Assembly: GCA_963664625.1 (NCBI GenBank)
Contig: OY761541.1
Location: 3,019,606-3,083,605, forward strand
DNA length: 64,000 nucleotides
Direction of reading: 5' to 3'
From: Dehalococcoidia bacterium
Lineage (GTDB): Bacteria > Chloroflexota > Dehalococcoidia > Lucifugimonadales > UBA3495
Below are positions 37,876 to 48,327 of this stretch, one piece after another. How positions within the stretch are numbered: the stretch's first letter is position 1; the number at the start of each line of letters is the position of its first letter. The notes below the pieces were generated by a model, which searched no databases, was not told where the DNA came from, and worked only from the letters and a program-made list of their open reading frames with translations. Made by a program: the position numbers and the translations under genes.

Positions 37876-39447
37876 CTATTCCCGGCTGACGCCGATTTCA
37901 ATGAAGCTGGTCTTCAAAGGCGTGTCGCCGCCGAAAACCAGGTTGGGGACTACTTTCCTTCCTGGCGGCTGCACCGTGCCCATGACGATGGAGACTTCCA
38001 GCAAATCGTCTGCGTCCACCACCAAGGGAGCAGGCAGCCAGGCCGCAACTTCGTAGCCGCCCGTCACCAATGTATGGCTGTCGAAAGCCTCCCCGCAGGA
38101 GCGGCCGGCCTCCTCGCCGTTGATTCGAAAGGCCACGCACCGGTAATAGACGGCGTCGTCCAGCGGGCCATTCAGTTGCATCACCAACCGCGCCCACTCG
38201 GTGAACGGCCAGGACCCCGATATTCCGGTGCCGGAGAAGACTAAAGAGAACTCGGTCCAGAGGAACTTGCGTAAATGCCCCCGGTCCTTCACCGGAACGT
38301 CGAACAACAAGGGTACTGATACGATGGCCAGCCCTCCCGGGCTGTTTGGTGACAGCGACAGATTATGCTCTCCTTCCTCCGATTGCACCAAGTACAGGGT
38401 GACTTTCCCCGGCGTGGGCACCGGCGACCATGCTGGAGCGTAGCCTCCCCCGGTTGTGACTTGCTGCAAGGCCGTGCCGTCGGGCCGGATGATGTACACC
38501 TCCCTTTCGCCGCCGCGGTCCGATTCGAAGGCTATCATCGAGCCGTCCCTCGACCAGGACGGCCACATATCCTCCCCCGGGTTGTTGGTCACCCGCGTTT
38601 GGCTGGTGCCGTCGGCGTCCATCACGTAAATCTCCGCGTTGCCGTCCCGCCGGGAGTGGAACGCGATCTTCGTTCCGTCCGGCGACCATGCCGGCCCCGC
38701 ATCTTCCGCCGGGTCTGTGGTCAGCATAGTCTGATTGGCGCCGTCGGCGTCCATAATCGCTACGTTCAGACCGTCTTGGTGGGACGTGAACGCGATTTTG
38801 GTCCCATCAGGCGACCAAGCGGGCGTAGTGGCTTCCCCGCCCTGTTGGTCGTCAAGGCCTCGCTGGTCCAAGCCGCTGGAGTGCATCAGGAACACGCCAG
38901 GGCCTCCACTCCGCTCCGAGGTAAAGGCAATGGTCTCGCCGTCCGGCGACCAAGCCGGGTCTGTGTCCTCGCCCGGATCCCGTGACAGATTGATTGCGTC
39001 GGTGCCATCCGCGTCAATCACGAATACTTCCTGGTTGCCTTGGCGGTCCGACGTGAACAGCAACCGTTTGCCGTCCGGAGACCAAGCCGGACCCCAATCG
39101 CTGGCCTCGTTATTGGTGAGCCGGGTCAATCCGTCCCCGTTGGCGTCCACCGTGTAGATGTCCGGGTTGCCGTCGCGGTCAGAGGTGAAGGCAATCAGTC
39201 CCAAGGCCGTTACGTCCAAGGTTGACCGTGTGTCGTTGGGCGGACTCGTATCGGTTGGAGAAAGGGCGGCTGTGGGTGTTACGGCAACGGACGGGACCGT
39301 CGGTGGAGCCGCGTTCGGATCGCACCCGGTGAGAGTTATGGCGGCAAAAATAAAGAGAACCAAGAGAGCAGGGAGCCGTCGCAAGACTTCTCGGCGATGC
39401 AGGCTCCCGACGTGTTCATTTGCCATGTGTTTATGCAAGGCCTCCAA
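37876..39447 (-). CDS. Membrane-anchored TolB-like PD40 beta-propeller protein with an extra C-terminal domain
   Basis: N-terminal TM helix, then repeated units of the form PAWSPDG..IAF.S.R.G..E(I/V)(Y/F). Confidence 0.8.
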   Translation of the reverse strand: MEALHKHMANEHVGSLHRREVLRRLPALLVLFIFAAITLTGCDPNAAPPTVPSVAVTPTAALSPTDTSPPNDTRSTLDVTALGLIAFTSDRDGNPDIYTVDANGDGLTRLTNNEASDWGPAWSPDGKRLLFTSDRQGNQEVFVIDADGTDAINLSRDPGEDTDPAWSPDGETIAFTSERSGGPGVFLMHSSGLDQRGLDDQQGGEATTPAWSPDGTKIAFTSHQDGLNVAIMDADGANQTMLTTDPAEDAGPAWSPDGTKIAFHSRRDGNAEIYVMDADGTSQTRVTNNPGEDMWPSWSRDGSMIAFESDRGGEREVYIIRPDGTALQQVTTGGGYAPAWSPVPTPGKVTLYLVQSEEGEHNLSLSPNSPGGLAIVSVPLLFDVPVKDRGHLRKFLWTEFSLVFSGTGISGSWPFTEWARLVMQLNGPLDDAVYYRCVAFRINGEEAGRSCGEAFDSHTLVTGGYEVAAWLPAPLVVDADDLLEVSIVMGTVQPPGRKVVPNLVFGGDTPLKTSFIEIGVSRE

Positions 39448-39496
39448 CTTTCGCCTATGTTTCGGTATGGGATGCCCCGGGCCGGAAATAGCCGGG

Positions 39497-40423
39497 TTAC
39501 CGCGGGTAATGGCGGCGCAACTCCGAAGTGTAATTGCGCCCTATCAAGTCCCCGTTCTCGTTAATCCATGCGCGAAACGATGTCTTGCCCAGCGGCGGAG
39601 ATGATGACACCAGCAGCCCGGCCATCAACCCTTCTATCTCTTCCTTGGTCAGCACCACGTCGCCAATCACCTTCCCCACCACGCGGGACAGCAACAAGGC
39701 CAGCATCGGGGGGGCGTGGACTATCCCGGTCCTGCTCCCGACTGCGTGGGTAATTATCCGCACCAATTCATCGAATGTGTAGTTCTCCGGCCCTGCGGCG
39801 TCCAGTACTTGGTCTTCCCTGCTCTCGCCCGCTTGTACGGCCAGTTCGGCCAAGTCTTCCACGAAGATTGGCTGAAGCCGGTAGCCACCGTCTCCAGGCA
39901 CAATAAAAAAAGGAAACTTCCGCACCAGCCAGCCGATGTTGTTCAACAGGACATCTTCCAAGCCGAACACCACCGTCGGCCTTACAATGGCGTAGGACAG
40001 TCCCGAAGCCATGATCGCCTCTTCCACCATCCCCTTTCCCCGGAAGTAAGGCAACGGAGACTTTGAGGACGGATTGGTTATGCTTACGTGAACAAGCCTT
40101 TTGACACCCGCCTCTTGCGCGGCGCGAACGAGGGTCTTGATGTTCTCAACCGCCGAATCAAAGGTCACTTGGCCCCGGTCGAACCTGATCCAGTAGGTGT
40201 TGTACAGCGTCGAAACACCCGAAAGCTGTTTGGTCAGTTCCGAGGGGTTGTCGAAGTTGAAAGGCTCCGCCTTGACCTTTCCTTCAAAGGGGTCAGGCCG
40301 ATTGGGATGGCCTGTAAGCGTCTTTACCTCAACCCCCATGTTCAGAAGACGCCGTGTAATGTACCTGCCGGTATACCCGAAAGCACCCGTTACTACATCC
40401 ATTGGAGTAAACCCCGGTGGCAT
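39497..40423 (-). CDS. NAD(P)H-binding SDR-family protein (NmrA/NDUFA9-like)
   Basis: VTGAFGYTGRYI Rossmann motif. The start could instead be the ATG at 40402. Confidence 0.85.
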   Translation of the reverse strand: MPPGFTPMDVVTGAFGYTGRYITRRLLNMGVEVKTLTGHPNRPDPFEGKVKAEPFNFDNPSELTKQLSGVSTLYNTYWIRFDRGQVTFDSAVENIKTLVRAAQEAGVKRLVHVSITNPSSKSPLPYFRGKGMVEEAIMASGLSYAIVRPTVVFGLEDVLLNNIGWLVRKFPFFIVPGDGGYRLQPIFVEDLAELAVQAGESREDQVLDAAGPENYTFDELVRIITHAVGSRTGIVHAPPMLALLLSRVVGKVIGDVVLTKEEIEGLMAGLLVSSSPPLGKTSFRAWINENGDLIGRNYTSELRRHYPR

Positions 40424-40552
40424 CTTGATGGTTCATATCCCATATTACACCCGCTCGGTTGGACACGCGAAGACAAAACGCGGTGGTCTCTGTCGTATTG
40501 AGCGCCGGTGCCATTGGGCGTACAATGGGCCGGCTGCCATAGGGAGAAATGA

Positions 40553-41887
40553 ATGCTCAAGGTCGATCTCAGGCCGGCTCACATGAGCGTCGGCACCCGA
40601 CGCATCCACTACGGTTGGATTATTGTAGTCCTGGCCGGTTTGATGTGGATGACCAGTGGCTCCATCCGTTTCTCTGCCTCCGTTCTGGTGCCCCACTTGC
40701 ACGATCCCGACGGCATGGGGTGGAGCTACGCTGCCGTAGGATTTGCCTTCAGCCTTCAATGGTTCCTGTCAGGATTCGCGGGCCCGGCGGTTGGCTGGGC
40801 TTGCGATCGCTACGGTGTCCGCCGCACCATGTTCGTGGGAGCGTTGCTCTTCATCGCCGGCATGATGCTTACTGGCACCATGACCCAACTCTGGCAATTC
40901 TACCTCTACTTCGGCATTGTCCTGGGCATCGTAATGTCCATCTTCCAAGTCCCGCTCGTATCCGGGACGAGCGGCTGGTTCAGGACCCACCTGGGTCTGG
41001 CGATGGGCGGCCTCCAGTTCATCCAGAGCTTTGGCATCGTGATGTTCATTCCGTTGATGGCGTTCCTTTTCGCCAACTACGGGTTGCTTGGCACCTTCTG
41101 GGTCCCCGGCATCATCGGCGGCGTGGTGCTGCTCCTTTTGATACGCCCCTTTTACAACGAGCCCGCCGCGGTAGGGATGCGGCCCTTTGGCGCTCCCGAA
41201 ACCGAACCCATAAGCCGTCCGCAGACTGATGCAACAGCGAAACAGCGGTCCAGCGTCTTCTTCCGCCAAGCGCAACGCACCGGCGCCTTCTGGAACCTCA
41301 TAGGCATCCACTTCTGGGGATGCATGGGTCACAACGTATTCATAGTTTTCCTCATCGCCATGATCGAGGATCAAGGCATATCCAAGGCTTTGGCCATTGG
41401 CGCCTTTATCACGATGCACGCCGTCAGCACTTCGGCGCGGTTCCTGGTGCCGGTGGCAGCGGACATATTGGGGGCCAAGCCCATCATGGTGGCGTGTTTC
41501 GCCCTTCACGTTTTCCCGCCGCTCCTTCTGGTCTTCTCCCAAGACCCGTGGTCCTTCTACCTGTTTGCCGTCCTGTTTGGCTTGGGCTTGGGCGGCGAGG
41601 TCCCGTTGTTCCCCATCATCAACCGACAATATTACGGCAGCGCGCCCATCGGCACCGTCTACGGTTGGCAGATGTTTGGCAACGGGGTCGGCATGGGTCT
41701 CGGCCCGTTGGTGGGCGGGTTCCTGTGGGACATCACCGGCAACTTCCTCAGCATAGTGTACGCATCTATCGGGTTCAGCTTGGTAGGTCTTCTCTCGGCG
41801 CTTGTTTTGCCGCGCACGTCCCACGTATTGACTCCCCACTGGGAAGACGCCCTGCCCCCGGAGGCCCGGTCCGCCCCCCAAGCCTGA
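40553..41887 (+). CDS. MFS transporter
   Basis: 444 aa, 12 hydrophobic helices, loop GWACDRYGVRR. Confidence 0.85.
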   Translation: MLKVDLRPAHMSVGTRRIHYGWIIVVLAGLMWMTSGSIRFSASVLVPHLHDPDGMGWSYAAVGFAFSLQWFLSGFAGPAVGWACDRYGVRRTMFVGALLFIAGMMLTGTMTQLWQFYLYFGIVLGIVMSIFQVPLVSGTSGWFRTHLGLAMGGLQFIQSFGIVMFIPLMAFLFANYGLLGTFWVPGIIGGVVLLLLIRPFYNEPAAVGMRPFGAPETEPISRPQTDATAKQRSSVFFRQAQRTGAFWNLIGIHFWGCMGHNVFIVFLIAMIEDQGISKALAIGAFITMHAVSTSARFLVPVAADILGAKPIMVACFALHVFPPLLLVFSQDPWSFYLFAVLFGLGLGGEVPLFPIINRQYYGSAPIGTVYGWQMFGNGVGMGLGPLVGGFLWDITGNFLSIVYASIGFSLVGLLSALVLPRTSHVLTPHWEDALPPEARSAPQA

Positions 41888-41982
41888 AGCTCAACCCACC
41901 CCAGCCACGGCCTGCGTGTTAAAATATGGCCGCTTGGCGCGTACCTGCGCCGCATCACCATGACGAAATAAGGAGGTAGTTC

Positions 41983-42711
41983 ATGCCAGGAAGTTGGGTA
42001 GACATAGACGTTTCGGGCGAGACTATGGAGGGTTACCTCACCAGGCCGGAGGGGTCCGATGAGCCGCGGCCGGCGGTGATAGTGATCCAGGAAATCTGGG
42101 GGGTGAACTCCCACATCCAGTACATGACCGACCGGCTCCCCGCTATGGGTTACGTGGGTCTTGCCCCGGCCATGTTCCACCGGCAGGGCAAAATGCTGAT
42201 GGGCTTGCATGAAGAAATGGAGACCGCAGTCTCCAGGATGAGCAACTGCACCGACGCTCAGATCGTCGCCGACGTTCAAGCGGCGGCCAACTACCTGAAG
42301 TCCCAGCCTTTCGTCCAAGGCGACCGCATCGGCATCGTCGGCTTCTGCTTCGGCGGCAGGGTGTCCTACCTGGCCGCCTGCAATGTGGCCGACATCAAGG
42401 CTACGGTGGTCTACTACGGCGGCCGTATCATGAATTCCTTGGGCGACGGCCCGTCCCCCTTCGACCAGACCTCCAAGATAAGCTCCCCCATCCTTGGCTT
42501 GTTCGGGGAGGATGACGCCAACCCGACGGTCGCCGACGTGGACCAGATATCCGCCGAGTTGACCAAGCACAACAAGGTACACGAGTTTCACCAGTACCCG
42601 GGATGCGGGCACGGCTTCAACTGCAACGCCCGCTCCAGCTACCGGCCCGAGGCGGCCAGGGACGCTTGGGCCAAGGCCACGGCCTGGTTCGACCAGCACC
42701 TCAAAGGGTAA
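41983..42711 (+). CDS. Dienelactone hydrolase family protein
   Basis: IGIVGFCFGG nucleophile elbow and the C-terminal HGF motif. ATG after AAGGAGG. Confidence 0.88.
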   Translation: MPGSWVDIDVSGETMEGYLTRPEGSDEPRPAVIVIQEIWGVNSHIQYMTDRLPAMGYVGLAPAMFHRQGKMLMGLHEEMETAVSRMSNCTDAQIVADVQAAANYLKSQPFVQGDRIGIVGFCFGGRVSYLAACNVADIKATVVYYGGRIMNSLGDGPSPFDQTSKISSPILGLFGEDDANPTVADVDQISAELTKHNKVHEFHQYPGCGHGFNCNARSSYRPEAARDAWAKATAWFDQHLKG

Positions 42712-42810
42712 GCGTTCCGGCTGCCAAAACAATTCGGACCACCGCAATAGCGGGGAGAGCTTCTTTGAGAGGGCCCTCCCCGCTACTACTTATGTGACAC
42801 GCCATAACTC

Positions 42811-44103
42811 ATGCACCAACCGCCGCTCCCGGCAACGTCCGACGCGGATCATGCTCAACAGTCCCTGACCAGCCTTCAGGTGATCAGGGGCTACCGGGAC
42901 TTTCGGCTCATCTGGGCCGGGAATTTCGCCGCCCAAAGCGTCCAATGGCTGCAAATGCTCACCGTCGGCTGGCTGGTGCTGCACCTCACCGAGGGCAACG
43001 CCCTGCTGACCGGCACAGTTGTCGGCATCCGCACCCTCCCCGTATTGCTCATCGGCCCTTGGGCCGGCGTGTTGGCAGACCGGATGGACCGGCGAAAACT
43101 GGTGATGGTCTCCCAATCGGTGATGGCCGTCATCGCCGCGCTGTTTGCCGTGATGGTGCTGTCCACCGACTTGGACTCCGACCCGATGTCCGGCCCGCTC
43201 CGCTGGTGGCACCCGTTCATCTACATGGCGTTGGCCGGGATAGCCCACGCGATCATCCAACCCGTGCGTCAAGCCATGGTGGTCAACACCGTGCCCAGGC
43301 ACGGCCTCACCAGCGCCCTTGCCTTGAACGGGATGGTCTATCCCACTACCCGCATCCTGGCCCCGGCCGTCGGCGGAGTGCTTATAGCTACCTTGGGGTT
43401 CAAGTGGAATTTCTTCCTGGAAGCTATGGCCTATCTTGGAATTGTCCTGTCCCTGCTCCCGGCGCGGCTCCCATACCGGGGCGGCAACTCCGGGCGTCAC
43501 GCATCGGCGCTGACCAGCTTGGTGGACGGTGTCCGGTACGTGTGGCGGGACAAGACGATAGTCCAGTTGATAGCGCTAGCGTTCATCCCCAACTTCATCT
43601 TCCAGCCGGTGACTTTCCTGTTGCCGGTGTTCACCTCCGACGTGCTGGGGCGGCAGGCGGACGCGGGCGGCATGTTGGCCGCCGGCATCGGCGTTGGGGG
43701 TGTTTGCGCCGCCGTCATCATCGCCGTCTTGGGGTTCGTGCTGCGAAAGGGAGCAATCAGCTTCGCCGGCCTCATCGGGGGCTGCGTTTTTGTGGTGCTG
43801 TTCTCCCAGTCCCAGTGGTTGATGATTTCCTTTGCCCTGTTGGCTGGGATGGGTTTTTGCCAGTATGTCTTCAGGGTCTCGAACGGTATCCTGGTCCAGT
43901 CCATTGTCACCGACGATATGCGGGGCAGGGTCACCAGCCTGTACCAATTGGAACATGGCTTGGCGCCTCTGGGGACGCTGATTATCAGTTCGATGGTCCA
44001 CCTGTGGAACCCGGCGGACGCCGTCACCGCAGTCGGCGCCGTCGCATTGGGCGGCGCCGTGTTGATGGCCCTTGCCTTCCGCTCGGCGCGGCGGTTGGAG
44101 TGA
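42811..44103 (+). CDS. MFS transporter (EntS/DUF894-like)
   Basis: FRLIWAGNFAAQSVQWL ... GVLADRMDRRK, 430 aa. Confidence 0.85.
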   Translation: MHQPPLPATSDADHAQQSLTSLQVIRGYRDFRLIWAGNFAAQSVQWLQMLTVGWLVLHLTEGNALLTGTVVGIRTLPVLLIGPWAGVLADRMDRRKLVMVSQSVMAVIAALFAVMVLSTDLDSDPMSGPLRWWHPFIYMALAGIAHAIIQPVRQAMVVNTVPRHGLTSALALNGMVYPTTRILAPAVGGVLIATLGFKWNFFLEAMAYLGIVLSLLPARLPYRGGNSGRHASALTSLVDGVRYVWRDKTIVQLIALAFIPNFIFQPVTFLLPVFTSDVLGRQADAGGMLAAGIGVGGVCAAVIIAVLGFVLRKGAISFAGLIGGCVFVVLFSQSQWLMISFALLAGMGFCQYVFRVSNGILVQSIVTDDMRGRVTSLYQLEHGLAPLGTLIISSMVHLWNPADAVTAVGAVALGGAVLMALAFRSARRLE

Positions 44104-44167
44104 CTTTGACGATGGCGAGCCTCGGCCCATATCATTGCTGAAGTAACCCTTTTATCAGGAGTGCGGT

Positions 44168-46414
44168 ATGACTACAACCTACTCGGTAGTTGGCACATCG
44201 GTGGCGCGGGGTGAAGGCCCTGACAAGGTCTCGGGCCGGGCCGTCTACCCGGCCGACGTCGTCCTGCCCGGAATGCTCTGGGGCAAAGTGTTGCGCAGCC
44301 CCTTCCCCCATGCCCGCATCATAAGCATCGACACCTCCAAGGCGAAGGCCGTGCCGGGCGTACACGCCGTCATTACGGGCATGGACCTTCTCGACAGCAA
44401 CGTCGGCAGGCTGTTGCGGGACTGTCCCGTCATGGCTAGGGACCGCGTGCGTTTCGTCGGCGAAAAGGTAGCGGCGGTGGCCGCCGAGACCCAGGAGGTG
44501 GCGGACGAGGCCCTGCTGCTGATAGACGTCGAATACGAGGAACTCCCGGCGGTCTTTGACCCGCAGGACGCCATGCAACCGGGTGCGCCCGCTCTGCACC
44601 CAGATATGGCAACCTACGCCGGGCTGCCCTACCCCGTCTCCCAAGTCAACAACGTTTTCGCGGAGAACCACTGGACCAAGGGCGACGTTGAACAGGGTTT
44701 CCGTGATTCTGACCTGATTTTCGAACACACCTTCAACGCCCAATTGATGCACCAAGCCTACATCGAGCCCCATGCCTGCGTGGTGCGGGTCGACGGTTCA
44801 GGCCGAGCGGAAATTTGGGCCAACAACAAGGGGCCCTTCATGCTGCGGGAACAGGTTGCCGAGGCCTGCGGCATCTCCAAGAATGCCATTACCGTCTACC
44901 CCTGCAACATCGGCGGCGACTTCGGCGGCAAAGGCTCCTTCATGGATGTGCCCCTCTGCTACTACTTAGCCCTCCACGCTGGCCGTCCCGTCAAGATGGT
45001 AATGAACTACATCCAGGAACTGATGGCCGCCAATCCGCGCCATCCCGCAACGATTAGGTTGAAGACCGGCGTCACCAGGGACGGACGGCTCCAAGCCAGG
45101 CAGGCGACCGTGGTGTTCAACAGTGGCGCTTACGGAGCCTTCAAGCCCCGCGTCTACATACGTGGCGCAGACCACGCCGGGGGCGCCTACAACATCCCCA
45201 ATGTAGACATCACCAGCTACATGGTCTACACCAACAACGTCCCCTGCGGCCACATGCGCGCCCCCGGCAAGCCCCAGGTCATGTTTGCCGTCGAGTCCCA
45301 CATGGACATGATCGCTCAAGAGTTGGGGTTGGACCCCTTGGAGTTCAGGATGCGGAACGTGCTTCGGGACGGCGACGAGACCCCGGTCGGAGAGCATCTG
45401 CAAGACATCCGCGCCGAGGAAACGTTGCGTGAAGCGGCCTCAGTTGCCGGTTGGGACAGCCCCAAAAACAAGCCCTTTACCGGGCGCGGCATCGCCATAT
45501 CCGACCAGCCTACCGGCACAGGGGAATCCGCAGCCAGGGTGGTCATGGACGGCGAGGGCAAGGTTGACCTCTTCATGTCGCTGTTCGATACGGGCACCGG
45601 CGCCCACACTATCCTGCGCCAGTTGGTGGCCGAAGAGTTGACCATCCCGGTGGAAGACGTCCGCATGGTGGTCGAGGACACCGACGCCGTGCCCTACGAC
45701 TCCGGCTCCGGCGGCACCAGGGTCACTTACACCAACGGCCAAGCTGCCTTGGGAGCGGCCACCGCGCTCCGCCGGACGCTGATCAGCCGCACCGCCGAGA
45801 TGTACGAGACCACCGAGGACCGGGTCACGCTGGAGAAAGGCAGTTTCATCATCAACTCGGCCACCGGAGAAACAGTTTCCGTGCGCGACGTTGCCGCCAG
45901 GGTTGTATCCGCTTCATCGGAACCGTTGGCCGGAGAAATGACCCACACCTCGTCCTCTCCGGAGATCACGTCCTACTGCGCCCAGGTCGCCGAGGTGGAA
46001 GTGGACCCGGAGACCGGCCAAGTCAACGTCATCCGCATCGTCACCGCTCACGACGTTGGCACGGTGCTCAACCCGTTGACCCACCAAGGCCAGATCGACG
46101 GCGGCGTAATCCAGGCATTGGGCTATGCCCTTATGGAAGAACTGGAGACCGAAGACGGCCACATCTCCACCCTCAGCCTCGGCGACTACAAGATCCCCAC
46201 CATGCCCGACATACCCCAACTTGACACCGTCCTTCTGGAGTCCTCCCCCGGCCCGGCCCCCTTCCAGAGCAAGGGCATAGGCGAAAGCAGCAACGTCCCC
46301 CTCGCCGGCGCCATCGCCAACGCCGTCTACGACGCCATAGGCGTAAGAATCACCGACCTGCCCATTACCGCGGAGAAGGTCCTGCGGGCTTTGCGGGAGA
46401 AGGAGCAGGGATAG
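44168..46414 (+). CDS. Xanthine dehydrogenase/aldehyde oxidase family molybdopterin-binding (large) subunit
   Basis: 748 aa with an a/b-hammerhead N-terminus (VGTSVARGEGPDKVSGRAVY) and the GGDFGGKG motif. Confidence 0.9.
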   Translation: MTTTYSVVGTSVARGEGPDKVSGRAVYPADVVLPGMLWGKVLRSPFPHARIISIDTSKAKAVPGVHAVITGMDLLDSNVGRLLRDCPVMARDRVRFVGEKVAAVAAETQEVADEALLLIDVEYEELPAVFDPQDAMQPGAPALHPDMATYAGLPYPVSQVNNVFAENHWTKGDVEQGFRDSDLIFEHTFNAQLMHQAYIEPHACVVRVDGSGRAEIWANNKGPFMLREQVAEACGISKNAITVYPCNIGGDFGGKGSFMDVPLCYYLALHAGRPVKMVMNYIQELMAANPRHPATIRLKTGVTRDGRLQARQATVVFNSGAYGAFKPRVYIRGADHAGGAYNIPNVDITSYMVYTNNVPCGHMRAPGKPQVMFAVESHMDMIAQELGLDPLEFRMRNVLRDGDETPVGEHLQDIRAEETLREAASVAGWDSPKNKPFTGRGIAISDQPTGTGESAARVVMDGEGKVDLFMSLFDTGTGAHTILRQLVAEELTIPVEDVRMVVEDTDAVPYDSGSGGTRVTYTNGQAALGAATALRRTLISRTAEMYETTEDRVTLEKGSFIINSATGETVSVRDVAARVVSASSEPLAGEMTHTSSSPEITSYCAQVAEVEVDPETGQVNVIRIVTAHDVGTVLNPLTHQGQIDGGVIQALGYALMEELETEDGHISTLSLGDYKIPTMPDIPQLDTVLLESSPGPAPFQSKGIGESSNVPLAGAIANAVYDAIGVRITDLPITAEKVLRALREKEQG

Positions 46415-46490
46415 TTATATAGGATCAGGGCATGTGCAAAGTAATTGTCTGAATCAGGATATTCCCAATCCTGAGCATCCTTTAATCTTG

Positions 46491-47609
46491 ATGATCCTGA
46501 TGAAGGGAGCAATCCTGACTGTCCTTTTTGTAGTGGTTGCCGGCATACTGGCCTGCGATAAGACCCCGCCTGGTGCGCCGCTCCCGCCGCTTCCTACACC
46601 CTTGTCATCATCCGACGTTGGGCGAGTAGAATTGAGCACCGACGGCCTGTTGACCGATATGTACGGAGACAATGCCGTCGGCATAACCGACGACGAAGAA
46701 CTGTTGCTGGTGAACGTCCGCACCGGTGAAGCCCGACAACTAACTGACGATGGTCACTACAAGAGGGATGCGGTATTGTCCGCCACCCACGTCGCTTGGA
46801 TTGACGGACGCCGGAATATCTTACTGCCCAGAGATACCGGCAGGGTCATGCCCGCGGACGACGTGTTCGTGATGGACCTCCGCACGGGCGAGCAACGCCG
46901 CATCACCGACACGCCGGCGAACCGGTGTAGCCTACGCATATCCGGCTCTCGCTTGGTTTGGGAGGACAATCGCAACGAACTGGAAGAAAACTCGGATAAC
47001 CACGACATCTACGCCTACGACCTGCGAAACAACCAGGAAATCCCTGTAGTGGTTGCCCCGGGCAAGCAGCGGCACCCCGCAATTCACGGCGATATCGTGG
47101 TCTGGTCCGATAATCGCAACAGCCCGGACATTGGGACCAGCGCCGCCGGTTGCCACAACCTGCCTGACCGGCGTTGCGACATCTACTCCTACAACTTAGC
47201 CACTGGCGAGGAGAAACTCCTGGTGCAGACGGGCAATAACAACGGTTCACCCTCCATACACGGTGAGTTGTTGGCTTGGCAGAAGTATCTTGAAGGAGGC
47301 CGGTCACTTGTCGTCCTGCTGGACTTGGACACCATGGAACAACGCAACATCGGCTTCGGCGGGCGTTCCGAAACCCGGCCTTTGGTATCCGGGAGTCATG
47401 TAGTCTGGCCAGTGAGACAATCCTGTGACGTAAGAGGCGTCGATGGCGATAAGTCCGCGACGGGCGCCTTTGCCTACCGGCTGGAAACCGGCGAGGTGCG
47501 CCGGTTGTCCAGCTACGTCGAGGCGACGACGCTCCTGCATGACAACGTAGCAGTGGTTACCGAGGGTTGCCAAATCGCATTTCGAAGCTACGCCGTCTTC
47601 CTCGACTGA
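46491..47609 (+). CDS. Lipoprotein with beta-propeller-type repeats
   Basis: Lipobox VVAGILAC. Repeated units have the form G..(V/L)(V/A)W.D.R....DIY.Y(D/N)L..(G/N).E. The start could be the ATG at 46491 or at 46500. Confidence 0.7.
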   Translation: MILMKGAILTVLFVVVAGILACDKTPPGAPLPPLPTPLSSSDVGRVELSTDGLLTDMYGDNAVGITDDEELLLVNVRTGEARQLTDDGHYKRDAVLSATHVAWIDGRRNILLPRDTGRVMPADDVFVMDLRTGEQRRITDTPANRCSLRISGSRLVWEDNRNELEENSDNHDIYAYDLRNNQEIPVVVAPGKQRHPAIHGDIVVWSDNRNSPDIGTSAAGCHNLPDRRCDIYSYNLATGEEKLLVQTGNNNGSPSIHGELLAWQKYLEGGRSLVVLLDLDTMEQRNIGFGGRSETRPLVSGSHVVWPVRQSCDVRGVDGDKSATGAFAYRLETGEVRRLSSYVEATTLLHDNVAVVTEGCQIAFRSYAVFLD

Positions 47610-47775
47610 CCATGTGGACCATCCAACTCGTCCAAGGTTCATAACGGCGTTTCCGCGGCTATCGCCACGGTCTTGGCGTGGCAGGCTCGCCCTGTGACCG
47701 AGGCTGACCTCACTCACGCTCGATAGATGGAAACGGAACCCGCGGCAGTTTGCGGTTGACAATCCAATTACAAAG

Positions 47776-47790
47776 TGATACGGTGTCTCA
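47776..47790. promoter_or_regulatory. Degenerate Fur-family box upstream of the regulator gene
   Basis: TGATACG-G-TGTCTCA has 5/7 symmetric positions and shares the TGATAC half-site with the perfect box at 48328. It overlaps a TTGACA-17-TACGGT promoter-like element. Confidence 0.25.
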
Positions 47791-47834
47791 CCGACCAAAA
47801 ACAGGCGGGAGCTTTCAGCGCAGATAATTGAGAC

Positions 47835-48281
47835 ATGCTATCAATAAAAGGCCTTGTGATTTCAGACGCAAACCTGATGCCGGTGTTAGAGGAGATGGGC
47901 TACAGGGCCACTGCTCCCAGGAAAGCGATAGCCAAGCTCCTGGAGCAGAAGCATGACAGCTTTACGGTGGAGTCACTCAGTGAAGAACTGCCTTCGGTGG
48001 GCAGGGCGACGGTATACCGCACCATCAAGCTGCTTCTCGAGGTGGGGGCGGTCTGCAAGCTTGCCACGATAGACGGGTCTCAGATGTACAGCCTTTGCCG
48101 GGTTGGTCATCACCATCACCACTCAGTGTGCATACAATGCGGCGCGGTGGAAGAATTCAGGGCCGCCGCGGTCGAACGGTTGATCAGCGCACTCAGCGCC
48201 GAAATTCCTGGAGAGGTCATCGACCACCGTATCGAGTTGTACGTGGTCTGTGGCTTTTGCCCATCCGACGGGGGTAAGTAA
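47835..48281 (+). CDS. Fur-family metalloregulator (probable Zur, judged from context)
   Basis: Winged-helix ...GRATVYRTIKLL..., a HHHHH run, and the CxxC pairs CIQC and CGFC. It is adjacent to zinc-uptake-type genes. Confidence 0.85.
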   Translation: MLSIKGLVISDANLMPVLEEMGYRATAPRKAIAKLLEQKHDSFTVESLSEELPSVGRATVYRTIKLLLEVGAVCKLATIDGSQMYSLCRVGHHHHHSVCIQCGAVEEFRAAAVERLISALSAEIPGEVIDHRIELYVVCGFCPSDGGK

Positions 48282-48327
48282 GGGTTTGCTCCAACCAACC
48301 GGGACCCCGGCGCCGCTTGTTAGGTAC

